Positions 19,251-29,847 of a stretch of 64,000 bases of DNA are shown here, piece by piece. A program made the position numbers and the translations under genes. Below the pieces are notes generated by a model. It was not told where the DNA came from. It was given only the letters and a program-made list of their open reading frames with translations, and made no database searches. How positions within the stretch are numbered: the first letter of the stretch is position 1; every line of letters starts with the position of its first letter. Source of the DNA: Oceanispirochaeta sp. (GTDB lineage Bacteria > Spirochaetota > Spirochaetia > DSM-2461); assembly GCA_963666275.2 (NCBI GenBank), contig CAXXOA010000001.1, forward strand, positions 1,440,001 through 1,504,000, written 5' to 3'.

Positions 19251-20031
19251 TCTTTTTCAGAAGAGAAAAATAGATCGGACCCCAGTCCCCTCTGTCGGGT
19301 AGTATTATCTTACCGTACTCTGTGGGTTCTCCCTCCTGGCTCCCCGTATCCCTGACTTCAAACAGACCCTTCCTTTTTTTAAGCATTTTCGCAATAACGC
19401 CGTCATTCTCCAGAGGAGAGAGGGAGCAGGTGCTGTAGAGGAGCCATCCTCCCGGTTTAAGGACATCCAGTGCTGACACAGCCAGGCTGTACTGACGGAC
19501 CGCGAGATTTTTTGTGCGCCCCGGCGACCACTGGTTCAGAAGGGAAGGGGAATGGAGAAGGTGCCTTTCCGAAGAACAGGGCGCATCCAGAAGAACAGCA
19601 TCGTAGATGTCTTTTTCATAAAGACACCATTTCCCCGCATCAAAACCTGTGACTTTTACCGATTCCCGCCACTGGTCGGGAAGGTGATCCTGAAGGACTG
19701 TTTTCAGCCTTTTGCGCCTGCCCGGAGATAGTTCATTGCATGTGAGAGAACCAGTCCCTTCAAGACGGGATGCCAGTATCAGGGATTTTCCTCCCGGAGC
19801 GGCGCACATGTCCAGAACTTTCATGCCAGGTTCCAAAGGAAGAGTCATGGCAGCTGTCCAGGACGCCCTGTCCAGGTAATAGGTTGATTTTTCAGGAGAG
19901 AAGTTCAAGTCCATATGGCCGCCCTGAAGGAGGAGAGCCTCCCGCAGTGTGTCCCATCTCTCTCTGTAGATCTCCCTGTAGTAGTCATCAAAAAGTTTAT
20001 CCCCCGGGGATTTTGATTTTTTACGGGCCAT
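19225..20031 (-). CDS. RsmB/NOP2/NSUN-family RNA m5C methyltransferase (compact form)
   Basis: DMCAAPGGKS, DAPCS and YSTCS (both catalytic Cys); AGGAGG before ATG 20031. Confidence 0.9.
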   Translation of the reverse strand: MARKKSKSPGDKLFDDYYREIYRERWDTLREALLLQGGHMDLNFSPEKSTYYLDRASWTAAMTLPLEPGMKVLDMCAAPGGKSLILASRLEGTGSLTCNELSPGRRKRLKTVLQDHLPDQWRESVKVTGFDAGKWCLYEKDIYDAVLLDAPCSSERHLLHSPSLLNQWSPGRTKNLAVRQYSLAVSALDVLKPGGWLLYSTCSLSPLENDGVIAKMLKKRKGLFEVRDTGSQEGEPTEYGKIILPDRGDWGPIYFSLLKKIIPEDRQT

Positions 20032-21115
20032 TGAGGACCTCCTCGAAATGGAAATCAAATTTTTCTGCTATGGTTTGCCATGAATATTTCCGCATGGATT
20101 CGGAAAGAGATTTCCGTAAAGACGGGAGTGCCTCCGAATGGACCAGTGTGTCCCATTTTTTAAGAAAATCCTCCTGATCGGTAAAAATCAGAGACGAATG
20201 GAACTCTTCCGGTATGACTTCCGGATAGGCCAGTCTGTCGGGTACCAGGGGGATCACCCCGTAGCTGGCTGCTTCGACAATGGAAATCCCGAAATTTTCC
20301 TGAACAGCCGTGCTGATAACAAAATCAGCCTGAGAGAGCCACATTTCATAGTCATTTCTGTCCTTTGCATAACCCCGGTGGACAAGCTCCTTTTGAAACT
20401 CCTCCCCGGCATTTTCGAAACAGGCCGGTGTTTTGCCGTAGGCCTCACCCAGAAGGGCCAGGCGGAAGGCATCTCCCCTGGACTGCAGTACTTTGAGAAT
20501 CCGGAAAAATTCATCAGGATTTTTATCATGTTCCCATCTGTGATTCCAGAGGATCAGCGGTGCCTCTCCTGTGGATTCAAACCGGGCCGATTCCTCCCTG
20601 AATTCCCCTGTCAGGCATCCCGGCGGTATGACCGAAGTTTTATCAAGGAGAGGGGAATAGTCACTGGAGGGCCTGCAATCTGGCAGACGGCTGATAAGAG
20701 AGGTCAGGGCCTGAAAGAAACTGTCCCGGTTGAACCGTGAGTTATAGATGATATCATCAGCGCAGAGCTGATTGGTGTAGTCTGTCCAGCCATACTGGAA
20801 ATCCGCCTGTTCGCCCGGTTTTAAAGGGTAGGCCAGCTGGTTTTCATGGATATAGAGAATCAGAGGCAGCGACTTTCCGGGAGTCAGGGCTTTCCATTGA
20901 GCCAGATCCATCAGGTTGCCTGCCAGCACCAGGTCATAGGAATCAAGGTTTTCTGCCTGTTTGAGAAATTCAAGGGCTGCTCCCCGCATTCGCCACTTCC
21001 AGAATCTTCCCGGCAGGGTTAACAGATCTATGGTGTGGCGGGAATATTTCTTCAGTCCCAGTGCAAAATATTTGTGGGAGCCTCCGAAAAACGGCTCCAG
21101 AAAGAGGATCTTCAT
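20021..21115 (-). CDS. DUF3524 + GT-B glycosyltransferase (GTDC1/QTMAN-like)
   Basis: EPFFGGSH, LPGRFWKWRMRG, YIHENQLAYP, YNSRFN, WNHRWEHDKNP, ENFGISIVEA. Confidence 0.85.
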   Translation of the reverse strand: MKILFLEPFFGGSHKYFALGLKKYSRHTIDLLTLPGRFWKWRMRGAALEFLKQAENLDSYDLVLAGNLMDLAQWKALTPGKSLPLILYIHENQLAYPLKPGEQADFQYGWTDYTNQLCADDIIYNSRFNRDSFFQALTSLISRLPDCRPSSDYSPLLDKTSVIPPGCLTGEFREESARFESTGEAPLILWNHRWEHDKNPDEFFRILKVLQSRGDAFRLALLGEAYGKTPACFENAGEEFQKELVHRGYAKDRNDYEMWLSQADFVISTAVQENFGISIVEAASYGVIPLVPDRLAYPEVIPEEFHSSLIFTDQEDFLKKWDTLVHSEALPSLRKSLSESMRKYSWQTIAEKFDFHFEEVLNGP

Positions 21116-21164
21116 TTCCTAAGTATCATATTCTGAAATGGAAAATTGTAAACCCCGGTATGAG

Positions 21165-21193
21165 TTGCGGTGAGCCTTTGTTTTCTGTAGAAT
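21165..21193 (+). promoter_or_regulatory. Sigma70-type promoter of the HAD hydrolase (likely leaderless)
   Basis: TTGCGG-17 nt-TAGAAT, then 6 nt to ATG 21200. Confidence 0.55.
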
Positions 21194-21199
21194 ATTCCT

Positions 21200-21865
21200 A
21201 TGAACCATCCTAAATATGATGCTGTTATCTTCGATCTGGACGGGACTCTCGTGGATACGGTCCGCGATATCGGAGAAGCTGTCAATTATGCTCTTGTGAA
21301 AACGGGAAAGGCTCCACAGGGGGTGGATTTCCACAGAGAGCGGGTCGGCTGGGGCTTCAGGGCATCCCTGGCAAAGTCTGTTCCCGGGGAATCGGAAGAT
21401 TATATTGATAAAGCTTTTGTTCTGGTAGAAGATTATTACAGGAACCACCCCTGTGTGTTCACCCGGGCTTACGAAGGCATACCGGAGGTTCTGGATACCT
21501 TCAGAAGAGCCGGTATTGATCTGTATGTCTATACCAATAAGCAGGAGAATATCGCCAGGCTTGTGGTGGAGCATGTTTTCGGGCAGGATCTGTTCCGCGG
21601 GGTCTACGGGACTGTTCCCGAACGTCCTCTGAAGCCGCACCGGGACGGCATCGACTGGGTTGTCGACCAGACCGGTGTGGACCGGTCCCGTATCCTCTAT
21701 GTGGGGGATTCGGAAGTGGATATGGAGACAGCCCGGGAGGGACAGCTGGATGCTCTGGCGGTTCTCTGGGGATTCAGAACCCGGGAACAGATGGAGGAGT
21801 ATCCGAAACTGGCTTTTATTTCAGAGCCGGGAGAGATGGTAGACTATACGCTTCAACAGGGATAA
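21200..21865 (+). CDS. HAD-IA family phosphatase (phosphoglycolate phosphatase-like)
   Basis: FDLDGTLVD, TNK, KP, YVGDSEVD, WGF. Confidence 0.88.
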   Translation: MNHPKYDAVIFDLDGTLVDTVRDIGEAVNYALVKTGKAPQGVDFHRERVGWGFRASLAKSVPGESEDYIDKAFVLVEDYYRNHPCVFTRAYEGIPEVLDTFRRAGIDLYVYTNKQENIARLVVEHVFGQDLFRGVYGTVPERPLKPHRDGIDWVVDQTGVDRSRILYVGDSEVDMETAREGQLDALAVLWGFRTREQMEEYPKLAFISEPGEMVDYTLQQG

Positions 21866-21912
21866 TAACTGTTGAACAAAATCATAACAGATGCAACTGA
21901 AAGGGAGATACA

Positions 21913-23664
21913 ATGGATAAGAAAGAACTGAAAGCCAAGGCGGAAGAGTATCTGCAGCTGGAGAAGAATGATCATTTCAGAAAAGAGGTGGAAGATCTTC
22001 TGGCAAAAGAGGACTGGGAAGATCTGAACGACAGGTTCTATACGGAACTTTCCTTCGGTACCGGAGGTCTCAGAGGGGTCATCGGCGGCGGTATGAACAG
22101 AATGAACCCCTATACAGTGGCAAAAGCCACTCAGGGGCTGGCTCAGTATGTGGTCAATAATGTTCCCCAGGAAGACCGGAAGGTGGTTATCTCCTATGAT
22201 TCCAGGCACTTTTCGGATCTTTTTGCAGAACAGGCTGCCCTTGTTTTTGCCGGAAACGGTATAAGAACCTGGCTGTTTACATCTTTGAGACCCACTCCCG
22301 AACTCTCCTATGCGGTCAGAAAACTGGGCTGTGCGGCAGGAGTGATGGTGACAGCCAGTCATAACCCGGCGGAATACAACGGCTATAAAGTATACTGGTC
22401 CGACGGGGGACAGATCACGTCTCCCCATGATACGGGCATCATTTCCGAAGTAAGAAAAGTCTCAGATACCATCAACATTGCCGAAAAAGAGGAAGCTCTG
22501 AAGAGCGGTATGCTTACCATGATCGATGAGGAAGTGGATGTTCCCTATCTGGACATGGTTATTGCCGAATCCCTTCGTCCCGAAATGGTAAAGGAAAAGG
22601 GAAAGGATCTGAAAGTTGTCTATACTCCTCTCCACGGCTGCGGCACTATCCCTGTAGAAACAGCTCTCAGCCGAATGGGCATCGAGGTTGTTACTGTAAA
22701 AGAGCAGAGAGAACCCGACGGAGCCTTCCCCACGGTGGATTTTCCCAATCCTGAAATAACTCCGGCCATGCAGATGGCTCTGGACTATGCGGTAAGGGAG
22801 AAAGCCGATCTTGTGATGGGGACCGATCCCGATGCGGACCGTCTGGGTATCGCTGTGCCCGACGGAGACGGATACACCCTTATAACAGGAAATCAGCTGG
22901 GATGCCTTCTGACGGACTATATTTTTCTCTCCCGGAAGGAACTGGGGAAGATGCCTCCCAAACCGGCCTTTGTGAACACCATTGTTACCACTGATCTTCA
23001 GATTAAAATTGCCGAATCCTACGGAGCCGCCACATTCAAGGTTCTGACGGGATTCAAGTATATCGGTGAAAAAATGCGGGAGTTCGAACAGGATGACTCG
23101 TATCAGTATATTTTCGGCGGTGAGGAGAGTTACGGTTTTCTTGTAGAACGGGATGTCAGGGATAAGGATGCCGTTTCGGCAGCCACTATGACCGCTGAAA
23201 TGGCTCTGTGGAATGTTTCCCAGGGAAGAACCGTTCTGGACCATCTGAAAGAGATCTATGAAAAGTTCGGATACTACGAAGAAACTCTGATCTCCCAGTA
23301 CTTCAAAGGCCAGTCGGGGCAGCAGATTATGGCTAAACTGATGGCCGATCTGAGGAGTGAACCTCCCAGAACCCTCGGGGGAATTGCCGTGACGGAAATG
23401 AAGGATTACAAAGACGGCACCACCCGGAATCTGCTTACGGGAGATATGGATACCGACATCGATCTGCCCAGTTCCAATGTGATCCAGTTTGTCCTGGAAG
23501 ACGGCAGTCTTGTGACAGCAAGGCCCTCAGGGACAGAGCCTAAAATCAAGTTCTATGCGTCGATCTGCGGCGAGAAGGGTCAGTCTCTGGAGGATGCGAA
23601 AAAATCTGTTGCAGGGAAGATAAAGGCCATTGAAAGCGATATCAACACTATGATTGAAGGCTAA
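21913..23664 (+). CDS. Phospho-sugar mutase (phosphoglucomutase/phosphomannomutase)
   Basis: FGTGGLRG, TASHNP, DPDADR, GGEESYG, RPSGTEPKIK. Confidence 0.95.
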   Translation: MDKKELKAKAEEYLQLEKNDHFRKEVEDLLAKEDWEDLNDRFYTELSFGTGGLRGVIGGGMNRMNPYTVAKATQGLAQYVVNNVPQEDRKVVISYDSRHFSDLFAEQAALVFAGNGIRTWLFTSLRPTPELSYAVRKLGCAAGVMVTASHNPAEYNGYKVYWSDGGQITSPHDTGIISEVRKVSDTINIAEKEEALKSGMLTMIDEEVDVPYLDMVIAESLRPEMVKEKGKDLKVVYTPLHGCGTIPVETALSRMGIEVVTVKEQREPDGAFPTVDFPNPEITPAMQMALDYAVREKADLVMGTDPDADRLGIAVPDGDGYTLITGNQLGCLLTDYIFLSRKELGKMPPKPAFVNTIVTTDLQIKIAESYGAATFKVLTGFKYIGEKMREFEQDDSYQYIFGGEESYGFLVERDVRDKDAVSAATMTAEMALWNVSQGRTVLDHLKEIYEKFGYYEETLISQYFKGQSGQQIMAKLMADLRSEPPRTLGGIAVTEMKDYKDGTTRNLLTGDMDTDIDLPSSNVIQFVLEDGSLVTARPSGTEPKIKFYASICGEKGQSLEDAKKSVAGKIKAIESDINTMIEG

Positions 23665-23709
23665 GGTGCGGTTCTTTTTCTGAGAAGAGAAGACATCGCT
23701 CCTCTTTCG

Positions 23710-23736
23710 GGGACGGAGGGTTCTGCTTTCCGTCCC
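23710..23736. terminator. Hairpin between convergent genes
   Basis: GGGACGGAGGG-TTCTG-CTTTCCGTCCC. Confidence 0.55.
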
Positions 23737-24020
23737 TAGTATCCCATCCTTTTCCGTCGTTCCGCTTCCATCTCTTTCAGAATATCCCGTACATGGCTCT
23801 CGTCCAGGGTATGTTCGTCCATCTGATCCTGCAGTTTCTGTAGATACCGCTCTTCCATGTTATAGAGTTCGTCACTCATTTCACCGGACCAGATATAACG
23901 GGTCAGTTCTTCGGGTTCTTCCACGTGGGACAGGGCTTTGTGGGTCATGATTTTTGACAGATACCATCTGACATCATCAATTTCGAGTGTATATTCTTCC
24001 AGCAGTTCTCTGATATTCAA
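23736..24020 (-). CDS. Hypothetical acidic helical protein
   Basis: 94-aa ORF, TTG start with AAGGAG upstream. Confidence 0.75.
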   Translation of the reverse strand: MNIRELLEEYTLEIDDVRWYLSKIMTHKALSHVEEPEELTRYIWSGEMSDELYNMEERYLQKLQDQMDEHTLDESHVRDILKEMEAERRKRMGY

Positions 24021-24107
24021 TTGAAACTCCTTGTCGGGGGTGTAGATTCTAGCAGAAATTGTCTCTTATCCCTATCCCCGCTGAGCAAAAAAATATATCC
24101 TTCGCTT

Positions 24108-24563
24108 ATGAACAGCAATAGTGAAAAAACAGTAATCTATACCGACGGAGGCTGTACGGGAAATCCCGGCCCCGGAGGATGGGCCTGCGTTCTTCTGAAA
24201 GACGGTGAAGAGCATCATTTTTCGGGTGGAGACGGGTCTACAACCAATAACAGGATGGAAATGACTGCTGTCATAACAGCCCTGAAACAGATCATTAGCA
24301 TGGGCTGGGAGAAGAAAGCCGATATCTATACGGATTCCCAGTATGTGAAAAACGGTCTCACCCAGTGGATCCACGGCTGGATCCGGAACGGCTGGAAAAC
24401 AGCGGCCAAAAAACCTGTAAAAAACAAAGAACTCTGGATAGAAATGAAAGAGCTCTGTGATCAGTTCGATCTGGAGTGGCACTGGGTTAAAGGCCATTCC
24501 GGGGACAAGTACAATGAACTCTGCGATCAGCTTGTGGAATCGGAAAGGATGAAATTCGCCTGA
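24108..24563 (+). CDS. rnhA: Ribonuclease HI
   Basis: IYTDGGC.GNPGPGGW, TTNNRME, TDSQYV, WVKGHSG, NELCD. Confidence 0.97.
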   Translation: MNSNSEKTVIYTDGGCTGNPGPGGWACVLLKDGEEHHFSGGDGSTTNNRMEMTAVITALKQIISMGWEKKADIYTDSQYVKNGLTQWIHGWIRNGWKTAAKKPVKNKELWIEMKELCDQFDLEWHWVKGHSGDKYNELCDQLVESERMKFA

Positions 24564-24577
24564 TAGATCTTTAAAAC

Positions 24578-24601
24578 TTCTCCCGGGTGAGTCCGGGAGA
24601 A
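24578..24601. terminator. Hairpin between convergent rnhA and the DA1-like gene
   Basis: TTCTCCCGG-GTGAGT-CCGGGAGAA. Confidence 0.55.
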
Positions 24602-24680
24602 ATCTTTCTCTCCAGCATGTCGTTCTTTTGTTTCTCATAGGGAAGAGTCAGAAAATGGAAGGGGGGGATGAATATATTCT

Positions 24681-25403
24681 TTACCTTTTCCGGAGGCTTA
24701 TGTAATTCAGCCAGCCTGATATCCCTTCTGCATCAAAAATCCTATGCATTTTCCGGAAGCCTCTGCCGTAGACCTTATGGGGATCCGCAAAGAAATTCTG
24801 AATGAGATAGGCCGCTTCGGGTTCTTTCCTCTGCTGAAGGATCAGATAAGACGCCAGGTTGCAGCTTCCTTCAGTCAGGCCGGGAGAAGCCTCTGTAATT
24901 CCTCTGCTGTAGAACCAGATGTGCATCAGTTCGTGGGCACATGTGGAAATACAGCTCACAAGGGGAAGATCCTTGAGGATAAATACCTGAAGTTCGAAAC
25001 TTTCGATAGTGTTCCCCTTCAGAACCCTTTTGAAAACGGCTGCACCCTGTTTTTCCCGTCCTGTCGAATCCAGTCTTTTCAGATCCTTTCGGTCGATCAG
25101 GGCAAATTCCGGTTTGAAAGGGTCAATGGTGATGCCCAGTCCTTCCAGTTTTCTGTAGGTATCCATGAGGATCTTTTTCCCCTCTGCCGGAAGGGATACT
25201 GCCTTTTTGAAACAGAGACCGCAGATCGCTCTGCCGTCTTTCAGGGCTTTGCCTCCTCCTGTGGTTGATTCGGTGATAAACCGTCCGCAGTAGGAACAGG
25301 AAACCGTCCTTTTAAAATGGGCGGCACAGAGGGTATTTCCCCAGAAGTCTCTGTAGTATCTGCCGCTGACAGGATGTTTGCCCTTTATGCATATGGGATT
25401 CAT
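24681..25403 (-). CDS. DA1-like zinc metallopeptidase with LIM-like Cys/His motifs
   Basis: CAAH, CSYC, DGRAICGLC, AHELMH, EGSC, YGRGFR. Confidence 0.75.
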   Translation of the reverse strand: MNPICIKGKHPVSGRYYRDFWGNTLCAAHFKRTVSCSYCGRFITESTTGGGKALKDGRAICGLCFKKAVSLPAEGKKILMDTYRKLEGLGITIDPFKPEFALIDRKDLKRLDSTGREKQGAAVFKRVLKGNTIESFELQVFILKDLPLVSCISTCAHELMHIWFYSRGITEASPGLTEGSCNLASYLILQQRKEPEAAYLIQNFFADPHKVYGRGFRKMHRIFDAEGISGWLNYISLRKR

Positions 25404-25499
25404 TACCTAAGAGGATAATAGATGCGGGGATGGAAAAAAAATATTTTTTCCGGTATTTTATAAAGAGTATATCCAGTCTGGGGGAGGACAAGCTTTTAT

Positions 25500-26726
25500 A
25501 TGAAACTATACAGCCGAAATCAGGTCATCTTCTACGCCGCCGCCGCTGTCCTTGTGGTGCTTCTCTTTCTGATCGGTTTCGGAGTCCTTTCCTTTTCTGG
25601 AGGAGACTCCACCGGCTCCGGACAGGATATGGCTCTGATTCAGAGTGAGCTTCCGCTGGAGGATGTTCTGGTTACATCCGAGTCCGATCTGGGTGTCTAT
25701 GTGAATAACGGCAGTGACTATTCCCCGGATGAACTGAACAACATCCGTGTGTATGAAGCCCTGAACGAAGCGGTTGTGAATATTACCACCGAAGTGGTGG
25801 GGTACAACTGGTTTCTGGAACCTGTCCCCAAAGAGGGGTCTTCCGGATCAGGATCCATCATTGACAAGAGAGGGTTTGTCCTGACCAACAATCATGTGGT
25901 CGACAAGGCCTATAAGGTATACGTGACTCTGGCCGACGGCTCCCAGTACGAGGGAGAGGTGATCGGAACGGATTACGAAAACGATCTTTCCGTCCTGAAG
26001 TTTGATCCCGAGGGAAAGAATCTTGTAACCATTCCCTTCGGTTCATCGGACAATCTCAAGGTGGGGCAGAAGGTGATTGCCATTGGTAACCCCTTTGCCT
26101 TCGAACGGACTCTGACCACCGGGATTGTATCGGGTCTGGGAAGGCCCCTGAAGAATGATGCCGGACTGGTTATCCGGGATATGATCCAGACCGATGCTTC
26201 CATCAATCCGGGCAACTCGGGAGGGCCTCTGATCAATACCAGAGGTGAAATGATCGGAATCAATACAATGATTTATTCTCCTTCGGGCGGATCTGTGGGG
26301 GTTGGATTTGCCATCCCGGTGGATACGGCCAGAAGGGTTGTTCCCGACCTGATGGAGTTCGGTATGGTCCAGCGGGGCTGGATAGATATGGTTCCCGTTC
26401 AGCTCTTTCCCTCCCTGGTGAGGTATGCGGATCTTCCCGTTTCCCAGGGAATCCTTGTTTCCCGTGTGATTTCCGGGGGCAATGCCGAGGAGGCAGGGCT
26501 TCTGGGAGGTTCTTCCCGGGAGGCTGTGAGAACCGGTTCCTCCGTCATATACCTGGGGGGAGATATCATTGTCGGAATTAACGGGAAAGCAGTGGCCACC
26601 CTGTCGGATTATTACGGCGCTCTGGAAAGTACAAGGCCCGGGGACACTGTGACAGTTCAGGTCGTTAGAGGCAAGAAACCTCTGGAATTCAGCCTGGTCC
26701 TCTCCGAAAGACCTTCCAACAACTGA
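25500..26726 (+). CDS. htrA: HtrA/DegP-family membrane-anchored serine protease
   Basis: N-terminal TM helix, GSGSII, LTNNHVV, AIGNPF, QTDASINPGNSGGPL, C-terminal PDZ. Confidence 0.92.
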   Translation: MKLYSRNQVIFYAAAAVLVVLLFLIGFGVLSFSGGDSTGSGQDMALIQSELPLEDVLVTSESDLGVYVNNGSDYSPDELNNIRVYEALNEAVVNITTEVVGYNWFLEPVPKEGSSGSGSIIDKRGFVLTNNHVVDKAYKVYVTLADGSQYEGEVIGTDYENDLSVLKFDPEGKNLVTIPFGSSDNLKVGQKVIAIGNPFAFERTLTTGIVSGLGRPLKNDAGLVIRDMIQTDASINPGNSGGPLINTRGEMIGINTMIYSPSGGSVGVGFAIPVDTARRVVPDLMEFGMVQRGWIDMVPVQLFPSLVRYADLPVSQGILVSRVISGGNAEEAGLLGGSSREAVRTGSSVIYLGGDIIVGINGKAVATLSDYYGALESTRPGDTVTVQVVRGKKPLEFSLVLSERPSNN

Positions 26727-26738
26727 TTAAGGATAAAA

Positions 26739-28727
26739 ATGGATAAATTTGAAGTGGTCGCTCCCTACCAGCCGGCGGGAGATCAGATAGAGGCGATCAA
26801 GTCGATTTCTGAAGCTTTGAACAGCAATGAACAGGCTGTGACACTCAAGGGGGTCACAGGATCGGGTAAGACCTACACGATGGCCAAGATCATCGAGCAG
26901 GTCCAGAAACCCACCCTGATAATTTCTCATAACAAAACTCTTGCCGCTCAGCTCTACAGGGAGTTTACGGACTTTTTTCCTCATAATGCGGTGGAGTATT
27001 TTGTCTCCTATTATGACTATTATCAGCCCGAAGCCTATGTCCCGTCCAGGGATCTTTATATAGAGAAAGACTCTTCCATCAACGATGAAATAGACAGGAT
27101 GCGTCTGTCGGCCACCATGAGCCTGATGGAACGGCCCGATGTTCTTATTGTTTCCACCGTGTCCTGCATCTACGGACTGGGAAATCCCTCTTCCTACAAG
27201 GATATGCGGATCCAGCTCCTGGGCGGCAGGGAGTATAAGCGGGAAGAGATCATCCGGAACCTCATATCTCTCCAGTACGAAAGGAACGATATGGTACTGG
27301 AACGAGGGAAGTTCAGGGTCCGGGGGGATGTTTTCGAGATCTATCCCGCCTATCTGAAGGAAGCCTATAGAATCAGTTTCGACTGGGATGAAATAGAAAA
27401 AATATCCCGGTTCAATCCGGTTTCAGGAGAGGTTCTTCAGGAGCTTCCCATGTGTACGATCTATCCGGCCAAACACTTTGTTATGCCCGAGGACAGGATC
27501 CAGCAGACTCTGGGGAATATCCGGGATGAGATGGTCCGTCAGGTGGAGTTTTTTGAAAGCCGCGGACAGATTGTGGAAGCTCAGCGGCTTAAAACAAGGA
27601 CAGAGTACGATCTGGAGATGATGGAGGAGATGGGCTACTGCCCGGGTATTGAAAACTACTCCCGCCATCTGGCAGGCAGAGAAGCCGGGGAGAGACCGGA
27701 AGTGCTTCTGGATTACTTTCCCAAAGATTTTCTTACCTTTGTGGATGAGTCCCATGTCACCCTTTCCCAGATCCGCGCCATGTACGAGGGAGACCGGTCC
27801 CGGAAAACCAACCTTGTGAATTTCGGATTCCGCCTGCCTTCGGCTCTGGATAACAGGCCCCTCGTGTACAGCGAATTTGAAAAGATCAAACAGCAGGTCC
27901 TCTATGTCTCCGCCACTCCGGGCAAGGAGGAGATTGAAAAATCCTCCCGGGTGGTGGAACAGATTATCCGGCCGACGGGTCTGCTGGATCCCAATGTGGA
28001 AATCCGCCCCACCGAAGGGCAGATGGAGGATCTCTACGGGGAGATCCGGAAAAGGATAGAACAGGATGAGCGGGTTCTGATTACTACGCTGACCAAGAAA
28101 ATGGCCGAAGATCTGACAGACTATCTGGGGGAGCTGGATCTGAAGGTCCGGTACCTCCATTCTGAGATTGAAACCATTGAGCGAGTTGAGATCATCAGGG
28201 ATCTGAGGCTGGGTGAATTTGATGTCCTCGTGGGGATCAACCTTCTCCGTGAGGGACTGGATATTCCCGAAGTGTCTCTGATTGCGATTATGGATGCCGA
28301 TAAAATCGGCTTCCTCCGGTCTGAAACCTCACTGATCCAGACCATAGGTCGGGCCGCCAGGAACTCCAACGGCCAGGTCATTATGTATGCCGACCGGGAG
28401 TCTGCCGCCATGACCGCGGCCATAAGAGAAACCCGGAGGAGACGGGCCATACAACAGGCCTATAATGATGAGCATGGGATCACACCGGAAACTGTCAAAA
28501 AAGCCGTGCATGACCTTCTTATCCGGAAGGTGGAAAAGAAGAAGAATGCCGAAAAAATGACCATTGATGTGATGAAAAAGAATGTAAACCTTCTGGATCC
28601 CAAGCAGAAGAATAAACTCATCAAAGCACTGGAAAAAGAGATGCTTGAAAAAGCGAAAAATATGGAGTTCGAAGAAGCTGCAGTTCTCAGGGATGAGATA
28701 CAGGAGCTGAAAGGAGAGAAAAAGTGA
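26739..28727 (+). CDS. uvrB: Excinuclease ABC subunit B
   Basis: [37 protein letters not shown]-terminal FEEAAVLRD. Confidence 0.98.
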   Translation: MDKFEVVAPYQPAGDQIEAIKSISEALNSNEQAVTLKGVTGSGKTYTMAKIIEQVQKPTLIISHNKTLAAQLYREFTDFFPHNAVEYFVSYYDYYQPEAYVPSRDLYIEKDSSINDEIDRMRLSATMSLMERPDVLIVSTVSCIYGLGNPSSYKDMRIQLLGGREYKREEIIRNLISLQYERNDMVLERGKFRVRGDVFEIYPAYLKEAYRISFDWDEIEKISRFNPVSGEVLQELPMCTIYPAKHFVMPEDRIQQTLGNIRDEMVRQVEFFESRGQIVEAQRLKTRTEYDLEMMEEMGYCPGIENYSRHLAGREAGERPEVLLDYFPKDFLTFVDESHVTLSQIRAMYEGDRSRKTNLVNFGFRLPSALDNRPLVYSEFEKIKQQVLYVSATPGKEEIEKSSRVVEQIIRPTGLLDPNVEIRPTEGQMEDLYGEIRKRIEQDERVLITTLTKKMAEDLTDYLGELDLKVRYLHSEIETIERVEIIRDLRLGEFDVLVGINLLREGLDIPEVSLIAIMDADKIGFLRSETSLIQTIGRAARNSNGQVIMYADRESAAMTAAIRETRRRRAIQQAYNDEHGITPETVKKAVHDLLIRKVEKKKNAEKMTIDVMKKNVNLLDPKQKNKLIKALEKEMLEKAKNMEFEEAAVLRDEIQELKGEKK

Positions 28728-29110
28728 GCCGGAAACTGAAAGGTCTACTCCTTGTTCTGACATTACTGGGTTTTCTCTCCTGTCAGAAAGAAGAGACACC
28801 CTGGGAGATCGAACTTCCTCCCACGCCCATACTGACGGGTACCACGGGATGGGGAGTGGTGAACACCTCCTATCTGAAGATAAATCTGAATCCCGACGAT
28901 GATAATTATGTGGTAACCACATTGAGAGAGGGAGATCTCGTGAAAATTGAATCGGTCCACTATCTCAAGGATGACGGAGGAAAGGCCCTGGGTGTCTGGT
29001 ATCACATCAGCTGGGAGGATCTGGACGGCTGGGTTGAAGAGAGTTCTCTCAATACTTATGAAACCAGAGGTAAAGCTGAAACAGGTGCTGAACTCCTTCT
29101 GAATCGATAG
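28724..29110 (+). CDS. SH3b-like lipoprotein
   Basis: Lipobox-like GFLSC; LREGDLV...WYHI...GWV. Confidence 0.7.
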   Translation: MSRKLKGLLLVLTLLGFLSCQKEETPWEIELPPTPILTGTTGWGVVNTSYLKINLNPDDDNYVVTTLREGDLVKIESVHYLKDDGGKALGVWYHISWEDLDGWVEESSLNTYETRGKAETGAELLLNR

Positions 29111-29160
29111 GCCTGGCTTTCCTCTTTCTTCAGATTCCCAGTTGTGTTAAAGTAGGTTTC

Positions 29161-29847
29161 ATGAGCATTTCGGAAAATCTTGAACGTGTTAAAGAGTCTC
29201 TGGAGAGGGCCGTGCAGAAAGCGGGCCGCAGCTCCGGAGAGGTTGAGCTTATGGCAGTAAGCAAAACAAAACCCCTGGAAATGATCCGGGAAGCCTACCA
29301 GGCGGGGCAGCGTGTTTTCGGTGAAAACCGTGTTCTGGAAGCGGAGGAAAAATTCCGGGAACTTCCCTCTGATGCCAGGGTGGAACTGATCGGCCATCTG
29401 CAGAGCAATAAAGTCAAAACAGCAGTGGGAGTATTTCACAGGATACAGACTGTGGATTCTCTGAAACTGGCCGGAAAGCTCCAGAGCCGCTGTGAGGATA
29501 CAGGACAGGCCCTGGAGGTCCTTCTGCAGCTCAAGACCTCGGAAGAGGAGACTAAAACCGGTTTTGAATCGCTGGATTCTCTGCGGAAGGGGCTGGAACT
29601 CTTTCTGGACAGCTCCTCTGTAAAAGTCTGCGGACTTATGACCATTGCCCCTTTCACGAATGATGAAAAAACAGTCAGGAAGGCATTCGCCGTCTGCCGG
29701 GAAGCCCGGGACCTTCTCGAAAGGGAGTATGGCGGGCTGAGCCTGCCTGTCCTTTCGATGGGGATGTCCGATGATTTCGAGTGGGCCGTCCGGGAAGGGT
29801 CTACCCAGGTCCGGATTGGCAGTGCTATTTTCGGAGTCAGGAATTGA
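29161..29847 (+). CDS. yggS: PLP homeostasis protein (YggS/PLPBP)
   Basis: MAVSKTK, FGENRV, IGHLQSNK, LSMGMSDD, VRIGSAIFG. Confidence 0.96.
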   Translation: MSISENLERVKESLERAVQKAGRSSGEVELMAVSKTKPLEMIREAYQAGQRVFGENRVLEAEEKFRELPSDARVELIGHLQSNKVKTAVGVFHRIQTVDSLKLAGKLQSRCEDTGQALEVLLQLKTSEEETKTGFESLDSLRKGLELFLDSSSVKVCGLMTIAPFTNDEKTVRKAFAVCREARDLLEREYGGLSLPVLSMGMSDDFEWAVREGSTQVRIGSAIFGVRN

